Shown: positions 28,330 to 39,850 of the stretch, one piece after another
Numbering within the stretch: position 1 is the stretch's first letter
Layout of the letters: each line of letters starts with the position of its first letter
Assembly: GCA_034521955.1 (NCBI GenBank)
Contig: JAXHLT010000006.1
Coordinates: forward strand, 65,528 to 129,527
Direction of reading: 5' to 3'
DNA from: Halanaerobiales bacterium
GTDB taxonomy: Bacteria; Bacillota; Halanaerobiia; Halanaerobiales; M55B127
DNA: 64,000 nt
The notes under the pieces: generated by a model
The model's database searches: none
What the model saw: only the letters and a program-made list of their open reading frames with translations
Told to the model about the DNA's origin: nothing
Program-made: the position numbers and the translations under genes

Positions 28330-28842
28330 ATGAAACCATGGAGATGTCAAATTTGTGGAGAAACATATCTAGGAAGTGAGGCACCTGATCGTTGTCCATA
28401 CTGTGGAGCAGAAGGAGAACTTGTAAAATCAGCAGCTTACTATCTAGAATATGGTGAAGTTGAGATGAGTGAACAGAGTCGTAAGGACTGTCTTGAAGCT
28501 CTAAAACTTGAACTTAATAATGAAAAATTTTATGAAAAATGTGCTGAAGCAGCTGAAAATCAGATCTCTAAAGCAATTTTTAAGCGTCTTGGTAAACAGG
28601 AAGGCGAACATGCTGAAGTTTTTGAAGATATGTTAGGAGAGGAAATTGAACTAGAAGAAGAAGTAGAAATTCCTGACAATGACTTTGATCGTTTTACAGA
28701 AGCACATCAACATGAAAAAAAGGCAATTGACTTTTATTTAGCTGTTGCCAGAAGAGCACCAGAAAAAAGAGTTAAAGATGTTTTTAGAGCAATTGCAGAT
28801 GTTGAAAATGAACATTTAGTGATGTCTAATACATTTAAATAA
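28330..28842 (+). CDS. Rubrerythrin-like protein with N-terminal rubredoxin-type Cys4 motif and ferritin-like diiron domain
   Basis: CQICG...CPYCG at the N-terminus, followed by E...EGEH and E...ENEH diiron-type motifs. GGAGGTG RBS before ATG 28330. Confidence 0.65.
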   Translation: MKPWRCQICGETYLGSEAPDRCPYCGAEGELVKSAAYYLEYGEVEMSEQSRKDCLEALKLELNNEKFYEKCAEAAENQISKAIFKRLGKQEGEHAEVFEDMLGEEIELEEEVEIPDNDFDRFTEAHQHEKKAIDFYLAVARRAPEKRVKDVFRAIADVENEHLVMSNTFK

Positions 28843-28852
28843 GAACATAAAT

Positions 28853-28880
28853 AATGGAGCACTTTTTAAGTGCTCCATTT
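28853..28880. terminator. Bidirectional terminator hairpin between convergent genes
   Basis: 11-bp stem AATGGAGCACT / AGTGCTCCATT with A/T-rich flanks on both sides. Confidence 0.7.
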
Positions 28881-28901
28881 CATATCAAATTTCAATTATA
28901 A

Positions 28902-29447
28902 TTATTCTGATAAAAGTTCTAGCATTCTTTCATAAGTGAGTGCCCCACTTTGACGGTTTAATATTATTCCATCTTCATCAATAATTACTGTTGTTGGAAT
29001 CCCTCGTACTAAATATCTAGAACCAATATTTCCATTTGTATCAAGTAAAGTTGTGAAGGAATAATTATTAGAGATCATATAGTCAAATGCTGTGTCTTTA
29101 CTTTCCTGAACATTTACAGTTAATACTTTAATATCTTTATTTTCTTTGTGTAGCTTTTGTATATCAGGCATTTCTTGTTTACAGGGAGGACACCAACTTG
29201 CCCAAAAGTTTAAGAAAACTTTTTGTCCTCTAAAATCACTTAAACTTACTTCTTTTCCACTAAGATTTTCTAATGTGAAATCTGGTGCCATTAAGCCTGT
29301 TTCAGGACCGGTTTCAATATTTTGTTGAACTGAATTAGTTGTTTGAGATTGATTTTGATTTATGAAATACCAAGCTCCAGCAATTATTATCAATACAAGA
29401 ACTGAGCCTATTAATATTTTAGATCTATTTGATTTCAAGTTAATCAC
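28902..29447 (-). CDS. resA: Membrane-anchored thiol:disulfide oxidoreductase, ResA/TlpA family
   Basis: N-terminal TM anchor, thioredoxin fold, and active site WASWCPPCKQE. Confidence 0.75.
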   Translation of the reverse strand: MINLKSNRSKILIGSVLVLIIIAGAWYFINQNQSQTTNSVQQNIETGPETGLMAPDFTLENLSGKEVSLSDFRGQKVFLNFWASWCPPCKQEMPDIQKLHKENKDIKVLTVNVQESKDTAFDYMISNNYSFTTLLDTNGNIGSRYLVRGIPTTVIIDEDGIILNRQSGALTYERMLELLSE

Positions 29448-29450
29448 TCC

Positions 29451-30140
29451 TTAAAAGCCTAGAAAGTTAAGATTATTGGTAAAAATCAATAATCCTAAAA
29501 TAATAATTACTATTCCGCTAACAATATTTATATAGTTTAAGTATTTGTTCATTTTTTTGATTGCAGGTAGAATCTTTTTTGCAGCAAGTGCTGTTATTAA
29601 AAATGGTAATGCAAATCCTAAAGCATAGATAAATAATAAAAAGGCTCCAGCATAGATGTTTTGGCTGTTTCCCGCCAAAATTAAAATTGATGATAAAATA
29701 GGACCTATACAGGGAGTCCAGGCTAATGCAATACCAAAACCTAATATTAAAGACTGTAAGTATTTATTAGATTTAGGTGTTATTGAAAGCTTTTTTTCAT
29801 AGTATAACCACTTTAATTTTATAATACCACTGATATGAAGTCCGAAGATAATAATAATAATACCGCTTATTTTTCTTAATATAGCTTGATTTCTAATTAA
29901 AAACTTTCCTAAGAATGTAGCTGAAAGTCCTAAAAGTACAAATACTATTGTAAATCCAAGTATAAATATAAGGGCAGGGACAATAGAATAAATTTTGTTT
30001 TTTTTCTTTTGGTCTGTATAGTCTCCTAATAGAAATGCTAAATAAGATGGTATTAGCGGTAGAATACAGGGCGATAAAAAAGAAAGCAACCCTGCTGAAA
30101 AAGCGATTACAAAGGATAAATCTCCTTGCATACTGTTCAC
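29451..30140 (-). CDS. ccdA: Cytochrome c biogenesis / thiol-disulfide electron transfer membrane protein CcdA (DsbD family)
   Basis: Six-TM protein with SPCILPLIP and TPCIGPIL, the two membrane-embedded Cys motifs. Lies 3 nt upstream of resA on the same strand. Confidence 0.8.
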   Translation of the reverse strand: MNSMQGDLSFVIAFSAGLLSFLSPCILPLIPSYLAFLLGDYTDQKKKNKIYSIVPALIFILGFTIVFVLLGLSATFLGKFLIRNQAILRKISGIIIIIFGLHISGIIKLKWLYYEKKLSITPKSNKYLQSLILGFGIALAWTPCIGPILSSILILAGNSQNIYAGAFLLFIYALGFALPFLITALAAKKILPAIKKMNKYLNYINIVSGIVIIILGLLIFTNNLNFLGF

Positions 30141-30294
30141 CTACTATTATGTTATAATATTTGGATATTTAAATATATTTTATCACACATGGTATTATCT
30201 ATCAATATATAAGTTAACTCAAAAGATAATTGAATTATCTACAGGACTAAGTTATAATAAATTTAAGTTGTAAACAAAGATAGGAGGATAATTA

Positions 30295-31692
30295 ATGACT
30301 AAAAAAGATAATGGCTATGTGGCTAAAAATGCATGGCTTGAAATGGAAGATGTTGAAAAAAAAGAAGTATTTGAATTTAACAGTGATTATGGAACTTTCT
30401 TAGAGCAGAACAAAACTGAAAGAGAGTTTACAAAAAGTTCAGTTGAACTTTTAGAAGAACAAGGATTTAAAAATATAAGTGAATATGATTCTTTAAAAGA
30501 AGGCGATAAAGTCTTTGCTGTAAATAGGGATAGACAGCTTATTGCTGCAGTAATGGGTAAAAAAGACTTAAAAGAGGGTTTAAAAATTGTAGCAGCACAC
30601 ATGGACTCACCCCGTATTGATTTAAAACCGAATCCACTTTATGAAGATGGTGGCTTAGCATATTTTGGAACACATTATTATGGTGGAATAAAGAAGTTCC
30701 AGTGGGTTACTATACCACTAGCATTACACGGTTTAGTTATTAAAGAAGATGGAACAAGAGTTGAAATAAGAATTGGTGACAAAGAAGATGACCCTGTTTT
30801 TTATATAAGTGATATCTTACCTCACTTAGGAAAAAAACAGATGAAAAAGAAAATGAATGAGGCAATTAATGCTCAACATCTGAATTTAGTAATCGGTAGT
30901 ATTCCTTTAGATGATGAAGACAGTGATGAAAATGATAAGATTAAAAGTGCTGTGCTTAAACACCTAGAAGATGAATATGATATTACTGGTGAAGATTTAA
31001 TCAGTGCAGACCTACAGATTGTGCCTGCTGATGGAGTAAGAGATGTAGGTTTTGACCGTGCTCTATTAGGCGGCTATGGACATGATGATAGAGTTTGTAG
31101 TTATACCGGTCTAAGAGCCCTTTTAGATATCAATACTCCAGAATATACTGCTGTAACTCTTTTAGTCGATAAAGAAGAGATCGGTAGTATGGGTTCAACC
31201 GGAATGCAGTCAAGATTTTTTGAAAACTTTGTAGCCGAGATGACCAGTAAATATTATGAAAAATACAGTGAATTGGATTTAAGAAAGATATTAGAAAAGT
31301 CCAGTTCTTTATCTGGGGATGTAAATGCAGCTTATGATTCTAACTTCTCAGAAGTTTTTGACAAAAGAAATGCAGCCTTTATTAATAAGGGAATTGTATT
31401 AACTAAATATACAGGTGCTCGCGGGAAAGCCGGATCATCGGAAGCAACAGCAGAGTTTATGTCTCAAGTACGTTCACTATTAAATAATGCCGGTGTAATC
31501 TGGCAGGTAGCTGAACTTGGAAAAGTTGATGAAGGTGGGGGAGGAACAATCGCCCAGTTTCTTGCAAACTATAATATGGATGTTTTAGATGCAGGACCAG
31601 CAGTCCTTGCTATGCACTCTCCATATGAAGTTGTAGCTAAGATAGATGTTTATAATACTTATCTAGCTTACCTAACTTTCCTGGAAAAGTAA
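30295..31692 (+). CDS. M18-family aminopeptidase
   Basis: AAHMDSPRIDLKP, GHDDRVCSY, DKEEIGS and AMHSPYE, the metal-ligand motifs of the M18/M42 clan. 465 aa. Confidence 0.75.
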   Translation: MTKKDNGYVAKNAWLEMEDVEKKEVFEFNSDYGTFLEQNKTEREFTKSSVELLEEQGFKNISEYDSLKEGDKVFAVNRDRQLIAAVMGKKDLKEGLKIVAAHMDSPRIDLKPNPLYEDGGLAYFGTHYYGGIKKFQWVTIPLALHGLVIKEDGTRVEIRIGDKEDDPVFYISDILPHLGKKQMKKKMNEAINAQHLNLVIGSIPLDDEDSDENDKIKSAVLKHLEDEYDITGEDLISADLQIVPADGVRDVGFDRALLGGYGHDDRVCSYTGLRALLDINTPEYTAVTLLVDKEEIGSMGSTGMQSRFFENFVAEMTSKYYEKYSELDLRKILEKSSSLSGDVNAAYDSNFSEVFDKRNAAFINKGIVLTKYTGARGKAGSSEATAEFMSQVRSLLNNAGVIWQVAELGKVDEGGGGTIAQFLANYNMDVLDAGPAVLAMHSPYEVVAKIDVYNTYLAYLTFLEK

Positions 31693-31745
31693 TTTAAAAT
31701 AAAGGGGGGCTTTAAGCCTCCCTGTATAAATTCAGGAGGATTTTT

Positions 31746-33510
31746 ATGAACGATTTTCATAAAGATACTAAAAAAATAATAGTTTTTACACTTATTATAG
31801 CAGTTATAATGGTCGGGTTTTACTATAATTATTATAATCTAATTGATAATTATCTTTATGATTGCTATCAAAGAATAGAATATTTATTTAATATTGAAGA
31901 TAAAAGTGATGTAACAGTTATCGAAGTTAATAACCTTACATATAATTTGTTCGAAGAAAAGCCCATAGCTAGAGATAACTTTGTCCAGGCAATTGATAAG
32001 TTAAATGAAGATAAGGCTAAAATGATTATTTTTGATATTTTATTTGATCAACCTCAAAAGACCCAGGCTGATAGTATGATGTTAGACCGTTTGGGTTCAA
32101 ATAATAATATAATTATGTCTGTTGAAATACAGTATTCAAAATCTAAATCTAGATAGTGATAAATATAATATAGAAAGCATAAAAAAACCGCTACCTTCAT
32201 TTAATAATCTAGTTAAAACTGGTCATAATTCGATAATTACTGATTCAAATAATATAGTTAGAAATCTTCCACCTTTATTTATCGAGGGCAATAATTCATA
32301 CTTACCAATTGGACGAAGGGCTGCTGAAGCAGCTTTAGGTAAAGAGATTGTAATTACAGAAGGTGAATACTTAATAAATTATCTTGGACCTGAAAATACT
32401 ATTAAAAGTATTTCTTTTCATGATTATATAAACAATAACTATTATAAAGAAGATATTGAAGATAAGTTGGTTTTAATTGGTGTAAACGAAGAAGGAGAAA
32501 CTAAAAGCTATAACTCTATATTCTCTTCTAAAGGAAAATATACTAAACTACATTTATTAGCGCTTTTAACCAATAATTACTATAATCAAAACTTTATCAG
32601 AGTAAATAAAGCAGGAACTAATATTTTAATAGTATTTATTATACTATATTTATCAGTATTTTTATTTGAAAGGTATAGACCTTTTAAATCATTTTTAATA
32701 CTGTTATTAATAAATATATTTATAGTTTCTTTAAATTTCTATCTTACTGTTGAATATTTTCTATTTACAAAAATATCCGTATATATAATTGGAACAATTT
32801 TATTATATTTAATAAGTTTAATTACCTGGTATTTCTTTAATAGAAAAAAGAAGTTTGAAATTACTCAAAAGCTTAAACCATATTTTTCTGATTATATAAT
32901 AAATAAAATCAAAGAAAAACCTAAAAAGTTCAATACAAAAGGAGAAAAAACAGCTGCAACAGTGATGCTTTTTGAGTTTTCTAACTTTAATAGTTATTCT
33001 AATGAAAATACATCTGAAAAAGTAATTGAAGATTTAAAACACTATTATAAAAGTATCGCTAATATAATATTTAAGTATGATGGAGCTATTAGTAATTATC
33101 TCGGAGATGGAGTAATTGCTTACTGGAGTAATAATTTTGAGCAGAATAACCATAGAAATAGAGCTGTAAAAACTGCAGTTGAGATAATGAACTTCTTTGA
33201 AAATCAAAATATCGAACTTAGTCCAACTATAACAATTGATAGTGGAAAGATCATATTAGGAGATATAGGTTCAAAAGATAGAATGGACTTTAAAGCTATA
33301 GGTGAGAGCATTCATATAACAACTGAATTAGCTGAAAATAGTGACAGTTATCAGATATTAATTGGAGAGAACACCTATTATGGGCTTTCAGAAATTTATA
33401 AAAAGCTAGACTGGAAGTATAAAGAGGTAAATATTGAAGGTATAGAAAAAACACTTGTTGTTTATTCTTTAAAGAAATTTAAAGATCTAACAAAATGTCA
33501 GTCATTATAG
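31746..33510 (+). pseudogene. CHASE2-sensor class III nucleotidyl cyclase-like protein, +1 frame break within 32113..32153
   Basis: ORF 31746..32156 carries the N-terminal TM helix and the start of CHASE2 (VTVIEVNN...MIIFDILFDQP). ORF 32122..33510, in the +1 frame, carries the rest of CHASE2, 3 TM helices and a cyclase homology domain (ATVMLFEFSNF...LGDGVIAYW). Confidence 0.65.
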
Positions 33511-33532
33511 AAATAAATAAATTTAGAATTTA

Positions 33533-33559
33533 AGCTCCCATTTTGGGGGCTATTTTTTT
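33533..33559 (+). terminator. Intrinsic terminator
   Basis: GCTCCCA / TGGGGGC stem followed by TATTTTTTT. Confidence 0.7.
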
Positions 33560-33655
33560 ATTTGTAAAATATTTAACTTTATTTTATTTTTATTCTTGTA
33601 TAATGATATATGTTAAGTGAAATAAACGTAAAATTTTTAATAAGGAGTGGTCTGA

Positions 33656-34303
33656 GTGCCAAAAATTAAAGAAGACGAACAAGAACAAATAAGAGAACTA
33701 TTTGAAGAAAAGATGGAAAATGATGTATTTATTCAGTTTTTTACCTCAGATGAAGACTGTAAGTATTGTAATGATACTGAAGAAATTTTAGATGAATTAA
33801 ATAGTTTATCTGATAGAATTAATATTGAAAAAAATGAACTAGGTAATGGTAATACTGAAAAATATAATGTTGATAGAGTTCCAGCAATTCTATTTACAGA
33901 TCAAGATGGAAATGATTCTGGCGTACATTTTTATGGTATTCCTAGTGGTCATGAGTTTAATACCTTAATAGATGGTATTGTAAGTATGTCTAACGGTAAA
34001 ACAGAACTATCAGAAGATATTATCGAAGAATTAAAGAAAATTGAAGAAGAAGTATTATTACAGGTCTTTATTACTCCAACTTGTCCATACTGTCCAAGAG
34101 CAGTAAAGGTTGCTCATGAAATGGCTATGTATAATCCTAAGATTAAAGGTGAAATGGTTGAGGCAATAGAGTTTCCTGAATTATCAAGTAAGTTTAATGT
34201 ATCTGGTGTTCCTCACACAGTTATCAATAGTGGAGCAGACGAACAAGTAGGTGCAGTTCCTGCAAAAACTATTTTAAATAAAATTAAAACAGCAATTCAG
34301 TAA
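33656..34303 (+). CDS. Two-domain glutaredoxin/thioredoxin-like protein disulfide oxidoreductase (PDO-like)
   Basis: Two thioredoxin-fold halves with CKYC and CPYC active sites, as in archaeal/thermophile PDO proteins. GTG start after a GGAGTGG RBS. Confidence 0.65.
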   Translation: MPKIKEDEQEQIRELFEEKMENDVFIQFFTSDEDCKYCNDTEEILDELNSLSDRINIEKNELGNGNTEKYNVDRVPAILFTDQDGNDSGVHFYGIPSGHEFNTLIDGIVSMSNGKTELSEDIIEELKKIEEEVLLQVFITPTCPYCPRAVKVAHEMAMYNPKIKGEMVEAIEFPELSSKFNVSGVPHTVINSGADEQVGAVPAKTILNKIKTAIQ

Positions 34304-34339
34304 TAATAATTCAATATAATTTTAAGGAGGTTATATACG

Positions 34340-34660
34340 ATGAGTAAAAAACCGGTTGAAGTAAACGATGGTAATTTTAGAAGAGAAGTTATAAAATCAG
34401 ATGTACCTGTATTAGTTGACTTTTGGGCTGATTGGTGTGCACCCTGTAAGATGGTTGCTCCAGTAGTTGAAAAGATTGCTAGAGAACATGCTGGTGAAAT
34501 TAAAGTTGCAAAACTAAATGTAGATGAAAACCAATCAACAGCTTCTAGATATAATGTAATGAGTATTCCTACTTTAATTATCTTTGAAGATGGTAAAGAA
34601 AAAGACAGAGTAGTTGGATATGCTCCGAAAAAGAAATTGGTTTCTAAATTAGGCTTATAA
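34340..34660 (+). CDS. trxA: Thioredoxin
   Basis: 106 aa with the canonical WADWCAPCK active site. Confidence 0.9.
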   Translation: MSKKPVEVNDGNFRREVIKSDVPVLVDFWADWCAPCKMVAPVVEKIAREHAGEIKVAKLNVDENQSTASRYNVMSIPTLIIFEDGKEKDRVVGYAPKKKLVSKLGL

Positions 34661-34683
34661 TAAAAAATAAATAAATTTTGTTT

Positions 34684-34712
34684 AAAATAGCAGGGTTTCC
34701 TGCTATTTTTTT
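34684..34712 (+). terminator. Intrinsic terminator
   Basis: AAAATAGCAGG / CCTGCTATTTT stem followed by a T run. Confidence 0.85.
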
Positions 34713-34819
34713 AATTTTATTATAAAAATTTCATATATATAGTGAATTTTTTTATCAGTTATGATATAATTCTTTGTATAATAATTAAGCCATGATAATA
34801 ATTTTTAAGGAGTGGTATC

Positions 34820-35227
34820 TTGAAAAAGGTCCTAATCATTCATTCTAAAGAGGGAGACCTAAAAGATATAACACAAGGGATTGCTAAAGGTTTAAAAGAA
34901 AATGGTCATCAAGTAGATATCCTTGATACTAAAGACTCCGGGAGACCTGTCACCTTTTTTCCATATGATCTTGTAATAGCTGGAGCACCGACCAAAGGTA
35001 TATTCAGAGGCAAGATTCCCGCTGATTTAGGTGAAATTTTAAAAGACTGTAAAAGGACTGGCGGACAAGATGCAATGGCATTTGTTACTCCCAGATTCTT
35101 TGCGACCAATAAAGCTTTAAAAAAAGTCATGGGCGAATTAGAAAAACTAGGATGTATCGTAATTGATTTTAGAATAATAAAAAACGCAAAAGAAGCAACT
35201 GACTTTGGAAAAAACATAAAACTATAA
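34820..35227 (+). CDS. Small flavodoxin-like-fold protein of unknown function
   Basis: MKKVLIIHS...DLVIAGAPT shows the beta-alpha pattern of the flavodoxin fold, but without a clear FMN phosphate-binding T/S-x-T-G-x-T loop. Confidence 0.35.
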   Translation: MKKVLIIHSKEGDLKDITQGIAKGLKENGHQVDILDTKDSGRPVTFFPYDLVIAGAPTKGIFRGKIPADLGEILKDCKRTGGQDAMAFVTPRFFATNKALKKVMGELEKLGCIVIDFRIIKNAKEATDFGKNIKL

Positions 35228-35240
35228 ATTTGTACATACT

Positions 35241-35266
35241 GCCACAGTGAAAACTGTGGCTTTTTT
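35241..35266 (+). terminator. Intrinsic terminator
   Basis: GCCACAGT / ACTGTGGC stem followed by TTTTTT. Confidence 0.9.
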
Positions 35267-35297
35267 GGAATTATAATATTAGGTGAGGTATGATATC

Positions 35298-35744
35298 ATG
35301 AAACAAGTAAAGATAAGAATACTAAATAAGCAAACTTTTCCTGATGGTCGAAAAGAAAAGATAAAACATGAAGGGAAAGGTAAGTATCATTTTAAAAATG
35401 ATAAACATTATCTAGTTTATAATGAAAACAATCAAGGTTTAGAGGATGTTGAAACTATTTTAAAGTTTAATGAAGAAAAAAGCAGAGTTTTAATGCAGAG
35501 GTCTAAACCAAGAGAAACCAGACAGGTTTTTGATGTTAATGAAAGTTGCTTATTTGAATATGCAATTGGCAGACACAAGATGAAGTTTTTAACAGAGACT
35601 AAATCACTTAAAATAGAAACTTCTAAAAACAAAGGTATTATAAAAATAAAATACAACTTACTTCAAAACCAAGAAATTTTTGCAGAGAACAGTTTAAAGG
35701 TTGAATATAGTTTTATAGATGAGGAGTGTAGTAAAAATGGTTAA
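35298..35744 (+). CDS. ywiB: DUF1934 (YwiB-like) beta-barrel protein
   Basis: ~148 aa protein immediately upstream of argS and overlapping it, the conserved Firmicute ywiB-argS arrangement. Confidence 0.6.
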   Translation: MKQVKIRILNKQTFPDGRKEKIKHEGKGKYHFKNDKHYLVYNENNQGLEDVETILKFNEEKSRVLMQRSKPRETRQVFDVNESCLFEYAIGRHKMKFLTETKSLKIETSKNKGIIKIKYNLLQNQEIFAENSLKVEYSFIDEECSKNG

Positions 35745-37401
35745 AAATATGGTTGAAAAGATAGAAAACAAATTAATAGAAACTATTAAACAGTCACTTA
35801 TAACTTCATTAAAGCAAGAAAATATAGAAGTTGAAGAGATTCCCAGTATCAAAGTAGAAGTGCCTCGTGAGAAAGAACACGGTGATTACGCGACAAATAT
35901 AGCAATGGTTATGGCTAAGGTTTTTAAAAAAGCTCCACGTCAAATTGCAGAACAGTTAAAACAAAACATTGATTTAGAGATTATTGAAGAGGTTTCAATA
36001 GCTGGACCCGGATTTATCAACTTTACTTTAAAAAATGACTGGCTTTATGAAACAATAGAATTAATTGATGAGCTTAAAGAAGACTATGGAAAAACAGATA
36101 CAGGTAAAAATAAAAAGGTATTAATTGAATTTGTGAGCGCAAATCCAACCGGACCTTTACATGTTGGACACAGCAGAGGTGCTGTTGTAGGAGATATGAC
36201 AGCTAATATAATGGATGAAGCAGGCTATGATGTTACAAGAGAATATTATTTTAACGATGCTGGTAATCAAATAGATCTATTAGCTGATTCTACATTAATT
36301 AGATATAAACAACTTTTTGATATAGATGTAGAGCTTCCTAAAAATGCTTACCATGGTGAATACTTAATAGATATTGCAAAACAGTTAAAAAAGGAACATG
36401 GTAAAAATCTTTTAGAACAAGATGAAGATGAGCAGATAAAGATCTGTAAAGAATTCTCTTTTAAAAAATTAAAATCTAAGATAGAAGATGACTTAAACTA
36501 CTTCGGTATTAAATTTGATAACTGGTTTTATGAAAGCACCTTACATAATGGAGAAATAAAAGAAGCTATAGATATCTTAAAAGAAAAAGGATATATTTAC
36601 AAAAAAGAAGATGCTTACTGGTTTAAATCAACAGAGTTTGGTGATGATAAAGACCGTGTAATTATAAAATCTGATGGTGCATTAACTTACCTGGCAGCAG
36701 ATATAGCATATCATTTAGATAAAATTCAACGTGGATATGATAAGTTAATTAATGTATGGGGAGCAGACCATCACGGTTATATAGACAGAGTGAAGGCAGC
36801 TATCCAAGCTTTAGGATATAAAAAAGATCTATTAGAAATTATTATTGTGCAACTTGTTAATTTAGTAAGAGATGGAAAAAAGGTTCCGATGTCCAAAAGG
36901 GCGGGAGAATTTGTTACTATGGAAGATGTAATTAATGAAGTTGGTAAAGATGCAGCCCGTTATTTCTATATAATGAGAAGTTCGGACAGCCATTTTGACT
37001 TTGACTTAGAGTTAGCTAAAGAAGAATCAAGCAACAATCCGGTCTATTATATTCAGTATGCACATGCCCGTATTTTTAGTATTTTAGAAAATGCTGAGCA
37101 GTATGATTTAAAAAATATTGATTTAAGTTACTTACAAAAAGAAGAAGAGTTAGACTTAATTAAATTAATGGCTCGTTATCCAGAGGTAATAAAAGACAGT
37201 GCTGAAAACAGACAACCCCATATCCTGGCAAATTATGCTTATGATTTGGCAAATGCATTCCACGTTTTTTATAACAAATGTCAGGTAATATCAGATGATG
37301 AAAAGATGAACAAAGCACGGCTTAAATTGGTTGTTTCATTACAGCAGGTCTTAAAAAATATGTTTAAAGTACTTGGAATATCGGCACCGGATCAGATGTA
37401 G
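35737..37401 (+). CDS. argS: Arginine--tRNA ligase
   Basis: HIGH-type motif PTGPLHVGHSRG, MSKR (KMSKS-like) motif, C-terminal DALR anticodon-binding region. AGGAG precedes ATG 35737. Confidence 0.9.
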   Translation: MVKNMVEKIENKLIETIKQSLITSLKQENIEVEEIPSIKVEVPREKEHGDYATNIAMVMAKVFKKAPRQIAEQLKQNIDLEIIEEVSIAGPGFINFTLKNDWLYETIELIDELKEDYGKTDTGKNKKVLIEFVSANPTGPLHVGHSRGAVVGDMTANIMDEAGYDVTREYYFNDAGNQIDLLADSTLIRYKQLFDIDVELPKNAYHGEYLIDIAKQLKKEHGKNLLEQDEDEQIKICKEFSFKKLKSKIEDDLNYFGIKFDNWFYESTLHNGEIKEAIDILKEKGYIYKKEDAYWFKSTEFGDDKDRVIIKSDGALTYLAADIAYHLDKIQRGYDKLINVWGADHHGYIDRVKAAIQALGYKKDLLEIIIVQLVNLVRDGKKVPMSKRAGEFVTMEDVINEVGKDAARYFYIMRSSDSHFDFDLELAKEESSNNPVYYIQYAHARIFSILENAEQYDLKNIDLSYLQKEEELDLIKLMARYPEVIKDSAENRQPHILANYAYDLANAFHVFYNKCQVISDDEKMNKARLKLVVSLQQVLKNMFKVLGISAPDQM

Positions 37402-37426
37402 ATAAATAAATTGAAAGGAGTTGTAA

Positions 37427-39037
<1,611 letters not shown>

Positions 39038-39073
39038 TTTAATATAAATATGAGTGGACTAAGGAGGAAAATA

Positions 39074-39841
39074 ATGAGTGAAAATTATGTAGAGGTAGAG
39101 TATACTCCACCTATAGCAACGATTATTTTATCAAGACCAGATGTCTTGAATGCCTATAATGAAGAATTACTGGACCAGTTAGAAAAAACAGAAAAAGAAC
39201 TCTTTAATGATGAAAAAATTAAAGCCGTTATTATTACAGGTAAAGGTGAAAAGTCTTTTTCTGTTGGGGCTGATATTGAACTATTGGAAAAACTTGATGA
39301 TAAGCAGGCAGAAAGAATTGCTAAAAAAGGTAAAAGAATATGTGACTTAATTGAAGAAACTGAAAAAGTTGTTATTGCAGCTGTAAATGGTTATGCTTTA
39401 GGTGGTGGAATGGAAATTACTTTAGCTTGTGATTTAAGACTTGCGAGTACTAGAGCAAGGTTTGGACAACCTGAAGTAAGTCTTGGTTTAATACCAGGTT
39501 TTTCTGGTACACAAAGATTACCCAGAATTTTGGGTATCGGAAGAGCTAAGGAACTTCTTTTTACAGGTAATATAATCGATGCAGAAGAAGCTTTTGAAAT
39601 AGGTTTAGTAAATAAACTGGTTACTCCTCGCGATCTATTAAAGGAAACAAAAGCAATGGCTAAAAGAATTACTGACCAGTCTTCAAGAGCCGTTGGAAAG
39701 ATAAAACAGGCTATAAATTATGGCTATATTCACGGACGTGAAAAGGGCAAAGAGTTTGAAACCAATTCATTTAAAGAAAGTTTCAATGATGAAGACCATA
39801 TGAAAAGAATTAAAAAAATGAAAGATAAACTTAATAAATAG
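39074..39841 (+). CDS. Enoyl-CoA hydratase/isomerase (crotonase) family protein
   Basis: FSVGADI and AAVNGYALGGGMEITLACD motifs. AGGAGG RBS before ATG 39074. Confidence 0.8.
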   Translation: MSENYVEVEYTPPIATIILSRPDVLNAYNEELLDQLEKTEKELFNDEKIKAVIITGKGEKSFSVGADIELLEKLDDKQAERIAKKGKRICDLIEETEKVVIAAVNGYALGGGMEITLACDLRLASTRARFGQPEVSLGLIPGFSGTQRLPRILGIGRAKELLFTGNIIDAEEAFEIGLVNKLVTPRDLLKETKAMAKRITDQSSRAVGKIKQAINYGYIHGREKGKEFETNSFKESFNDEDHMKRIKKMKDKLNK

Positions 39842-39850
39842 GTGGTTATA

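Noticed and set aside
31703-31723. Hairpin AGGGGGGC-TTTAA-GCCTCCCT after the M18 peptidase gene as an intrinsic terminator.
   Set aside because: The stem is good but no U tract follows (GTATAAATTC). The next gene's RBS is about 10 nt downstream, so at most it is an RNA-stability or processing hairpin.
31746-33510. CHASE2 cyclase as a cyclic-nucleotide antiphage signalling gene (Pycsar/CBASS-like).
   Set aside because: The architecture is a classical membrane sensor (CHASE2 + TM + class III cyclase). No effector gene is adjacent, the neighbours are housekeeping genes, and the catalytic residues look degenerate.
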